A DNA stretch of 64,000 bases from NCBI RefSeq assembly GCF_004010195.1, contig NC_057719.1, forward strand, positions 18,497,159-18,561,158, read 5' to 3'. This document shows, one piece after another, positions 61,086-64,000 of the stretch. This stretch comes from Chiloscyllium plagiosum. Lineage: Eukaryota. How positions within the stretch are numbered: the first letter of the stretch is position 1; the number at the start of each line of letters is the position of its first letter. The position numbers and the translations under genes are program-made. The notes beneath the pieces are model-generated. The model worked only from the letters and a program-made list of their open reading frames with translations, was not told the origin of the DNA and searched no databases.

Positions 61086-63611
61086 AAGATAGAGATATAA
61101 TTGAGAACCTTATGATCAGGTGAAATCTAGGACGGAAAACATTATGGGCTGGGTGGCATGTAGAACAGCAAAGATGTTACAATTCAAACTATTAGAATGA
61201 TGGGCATTGATAATTGCAATCATTAGAATGGTAAGATGCATAAAAGTGCAAGTGTTATAACTGAAAGCTTCCACATTAAGGATGCATAACAGAAAAAGAT
61301 GTTTAAACATGGGAAACATGACGTACCTAAACAAAAGCTGATTGAAATATGATTGAAATATGGATTATGATTTTGTTGCTCTTAAGATGATTCTGCTTTG
61401 TCCAATTTTGCATGAGATAGATACAATAACACTATTTCTTGTTTATGACCTCAAAATTCTGTGATCACTCTGATTAGAGACTCCCAGGTTGGGCATTAAA
61501 TTAAGCAAGTTCCAATAATCCTGTTTATTACTGCCATTTCTAAACAACTTTGATATATCACTAACATGCAATGTTAAAATGCAACAAAATACATGCAAGG
61601 CAATCATTTTATTCAAAACTGCACCTTTTCAAGAGACATGTTGGATCTATTATTTATTTAATGTAGTCTTTCCATAGTTTTTAATATCGTTATTTCCCCT
61701 AAAACCGACTGAAAGTTGTAATAGGGTTTTGCAATGAAATGCTAATTTTTCTATTTGGTGACTCAATATAGCAAATAATTAATACATTTCAAATTTGAGA
61801 AAAAAATCAGAATGGTTAAATTAAAATATAAAGCTATTAAAAAGTTAGAAAAGGAAAAAATATAGTAAAAGTAAGAAAGAAAATTGCCAAAACAAATATG
61901 TCTATGAAAATAGTAAAATAATTCTTAAGGAAATAAAGTATATGTTACATTGAAAAATAATTATTGCTGCTACCATTAGCCTATTGTGGCTGTTGACAGA
62001 AGTGTATATTTTGCAGGAGATGATGAATTTCCCACATTCAGTTTATGTTGAAAAGGGGAGGATTTGGGAGGCTGAATACGAGTTCCAGGCAAGTTGGCTG
62101 GGACTGCTCAGCCTGAATGACTAGTTCTTCCAGCCCAGTATAAGTGGGTATTCAAAGGTTACACCGCCCTCTTCTATTTTGTACAATAAATGACACTTTT
62201 GCATCTGAGGTACATATTAAAACACATACAAGAGAAAACAAAATCTAAAATCATTATTTTAAAAAGCTATAATCAAAGACAACTTCATACTTGAAGAAAT
62301 GAAGCCTCTGTATAATTGGCTGGTATAGGGATGAATTAGGTCACTCTGTACTGTTTAAGAATGACAGTGCCCCTTCTTCATATACCATTTAGATTGTAGG
62401 TTTTTATTATTCCTGCCATTGACACCGGCATTGTTGCAGATATCAAAAGTTCAAGAAAGCTTCACTTGTTCAGTCAACATTGCACAGATGCTTCAATGAG
62501 GTCAAGCCCTGTAAACAGTGACAAACTATTTTCTAGTTTATGAAACATAAAGCACGTTTGTGGGCATGTAAGGTAATAAATCGCATATTTATATAAAACT
62601 GATTAGTTTAATGAAGAATAAGAAATTTCTAGATAGAGGAAGCCTGCACTATTCCAAGGAGACATGAAACAATCACTGCCATAAATTTGAGACGCCCTCA
62701 ATATAAGGAAATGCAAAAAAATGAAGTGACAATAGAGGGGAGTTCCTTCTGAAAGTGCTACGAGTTAATGAACTTTATAAACTATGTTTATTATTCAATA
62801 TATCACAAACCTCTGTTCTCCAGTCAGATTTCAATAACACTGATTACACTGTCCAAAAGCTTGCATTGCAGCTGGAGCAGTTGCTATGTCAGTGCAATAG
62901 GATAGCCCTAGTTTCACCCTTCCTTCTTATAATGATACAACCCCATTAAGACATGTTGCGAAGACTTTTACTCAGCAGTATTGCTTATGAACATAATAAG
63001 CATAGTGGGAACCTCGCAAAGTATGGGGAGGGAAATTGAGAATGTGTTTATTCGGGGCTGACAGCTTTGATGCAAACAGCGAAGGGAAAGTTTGGGAGGG
63101 CGATGGGAAATGCAAGAAGCCAAGGTGCAGAGGGCTGGTTAGTGTGGTGAGATTTTGGTGGTGGGGGGGGGGGGTGGAATGTGGAGATGAGAACTGTGTT
63201 TGCTGGGAAACTAGAGAGAGTTGAGGATTTCAAGCTTTTAAACACAGTTGAGAAATTTAAGCCAGGACAGGTCAGTGAGGATTGTATGATGAACAAGCAA
63301 AACTTGATACAAAATGGGAAATGGAGCAACACCAACAAACTGGATAGGCAGCCAGTGGGTTATTAGGATAGCCAAAACTCAAAGCAAATCGTATACAATC
63401 AACCACTTGTTGTAAAATGGCTCGCAGTCTTTAGGCCAATGTGGCAGTCACTTTGCATGAAGTCAGATTCCTTATAGAGCAATAAGAATAATTACCAATT
63501 AATCAATTTTTAAAGCTGAAGAGATATTTGAGACAGGATGTTGGAAGCTATCCTTAGTTTATTTGAATAGTGCCAGGGACTCTGTTTTGGTTTGGGACCT
63601 TACTTAATTAC

Positions 63612-63800
63612 ATCATAGTGTGGAAGCAGGCCATTTGGCCCATCCAAAGAGCATTCACCCCAACCACACCCCTACCCTATCCTTGTAACCCTGCATTTCC
63701 CATGGCCGATCCACCTAACTTGCACATCACTGGACTGTGGGAGGAAACCCAGTCAGACACAGGGAGAATATGCATACTCCATACTGACATTGTTTAAGGT
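63612..63800 (-). mobile_element. Decayed HE1-type SINE
   Basis: agtgtggaagcaggccatt...ggactgtgggaggaaacc...cagacacagggaga. Confidence 0.8.
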
Positions 63801-64000
63801 GAGATCTGAAGAAGTGCCCCTGTGATAAGTCTTCCTCTGGCTGTCTCATTGTTCGGGCAGCGTAGGTAATGCTCTCATTCCTGGAAATCCCAATCTTTTA
63901 AAATCGGTGTGAGCTTTGTATACTGTGCCTTACAAAATGTAATGTAGCTAGATTTTCTGATTAACCCTCCTGAAGACTGTGCAAACCCTTGTGTGTAAAG

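Noticed and set aside
1..64000. Host protein-coding genes among the listed ORFs
   Set aside because: ORFs with recognisable motifs are retroelement fragments. The rest are short, antisense to repeats or compositionally random. I saw no convincing exon, though a very small exon could be missed.

Overview
Repeat-rich vertebrate non-coding DNA (intergenic or large intron). It is very probably from a cartilaginous fish (shark): it carries many HE1-type tRNA-derived SINEs together with CR1/HER1-type LINEs that share their 3' tail. I found no host protein-coding exon, rRNA, true tRNA or CRISPR array. All longer ORFs are fragments of, or antisense to, retroelements. Content: about 19 CR1 fragments, 2 Rex1/Babar fragments, a second CR1/L2-group LINE with its partner SINE, 8 HE1 SINE copies, one TA-flanked Tigger/pogo-like MITE, a 2.4-kb disrupted Penelope-like element (RT + GIY-YIG), a 0.9-kb tandem duplication, a degenerate (TTAGGG)n tract and several repeat-free, enhancer-like blocks. 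The most striking signal is a set of short non-coding Penelope-derived insertions from at least three sequence families. Each carries a minimal hammerhead-ribozyme motif (CTGA-N-GA...GAAA, with a palindromic ACGT or AGCT stem III). Most share one architecture: target-site duplication, inverted arm, sense arm, 33-39-nt tail, target-site duplication. Examples are a 548-bp spacer-less palindrome (9132-9679) and a retrozyme-like unit with two tandem hammerheads 206 nt apart (27656-28105). Coordinates were read by eye and family names come from motif recognition, not database searches.
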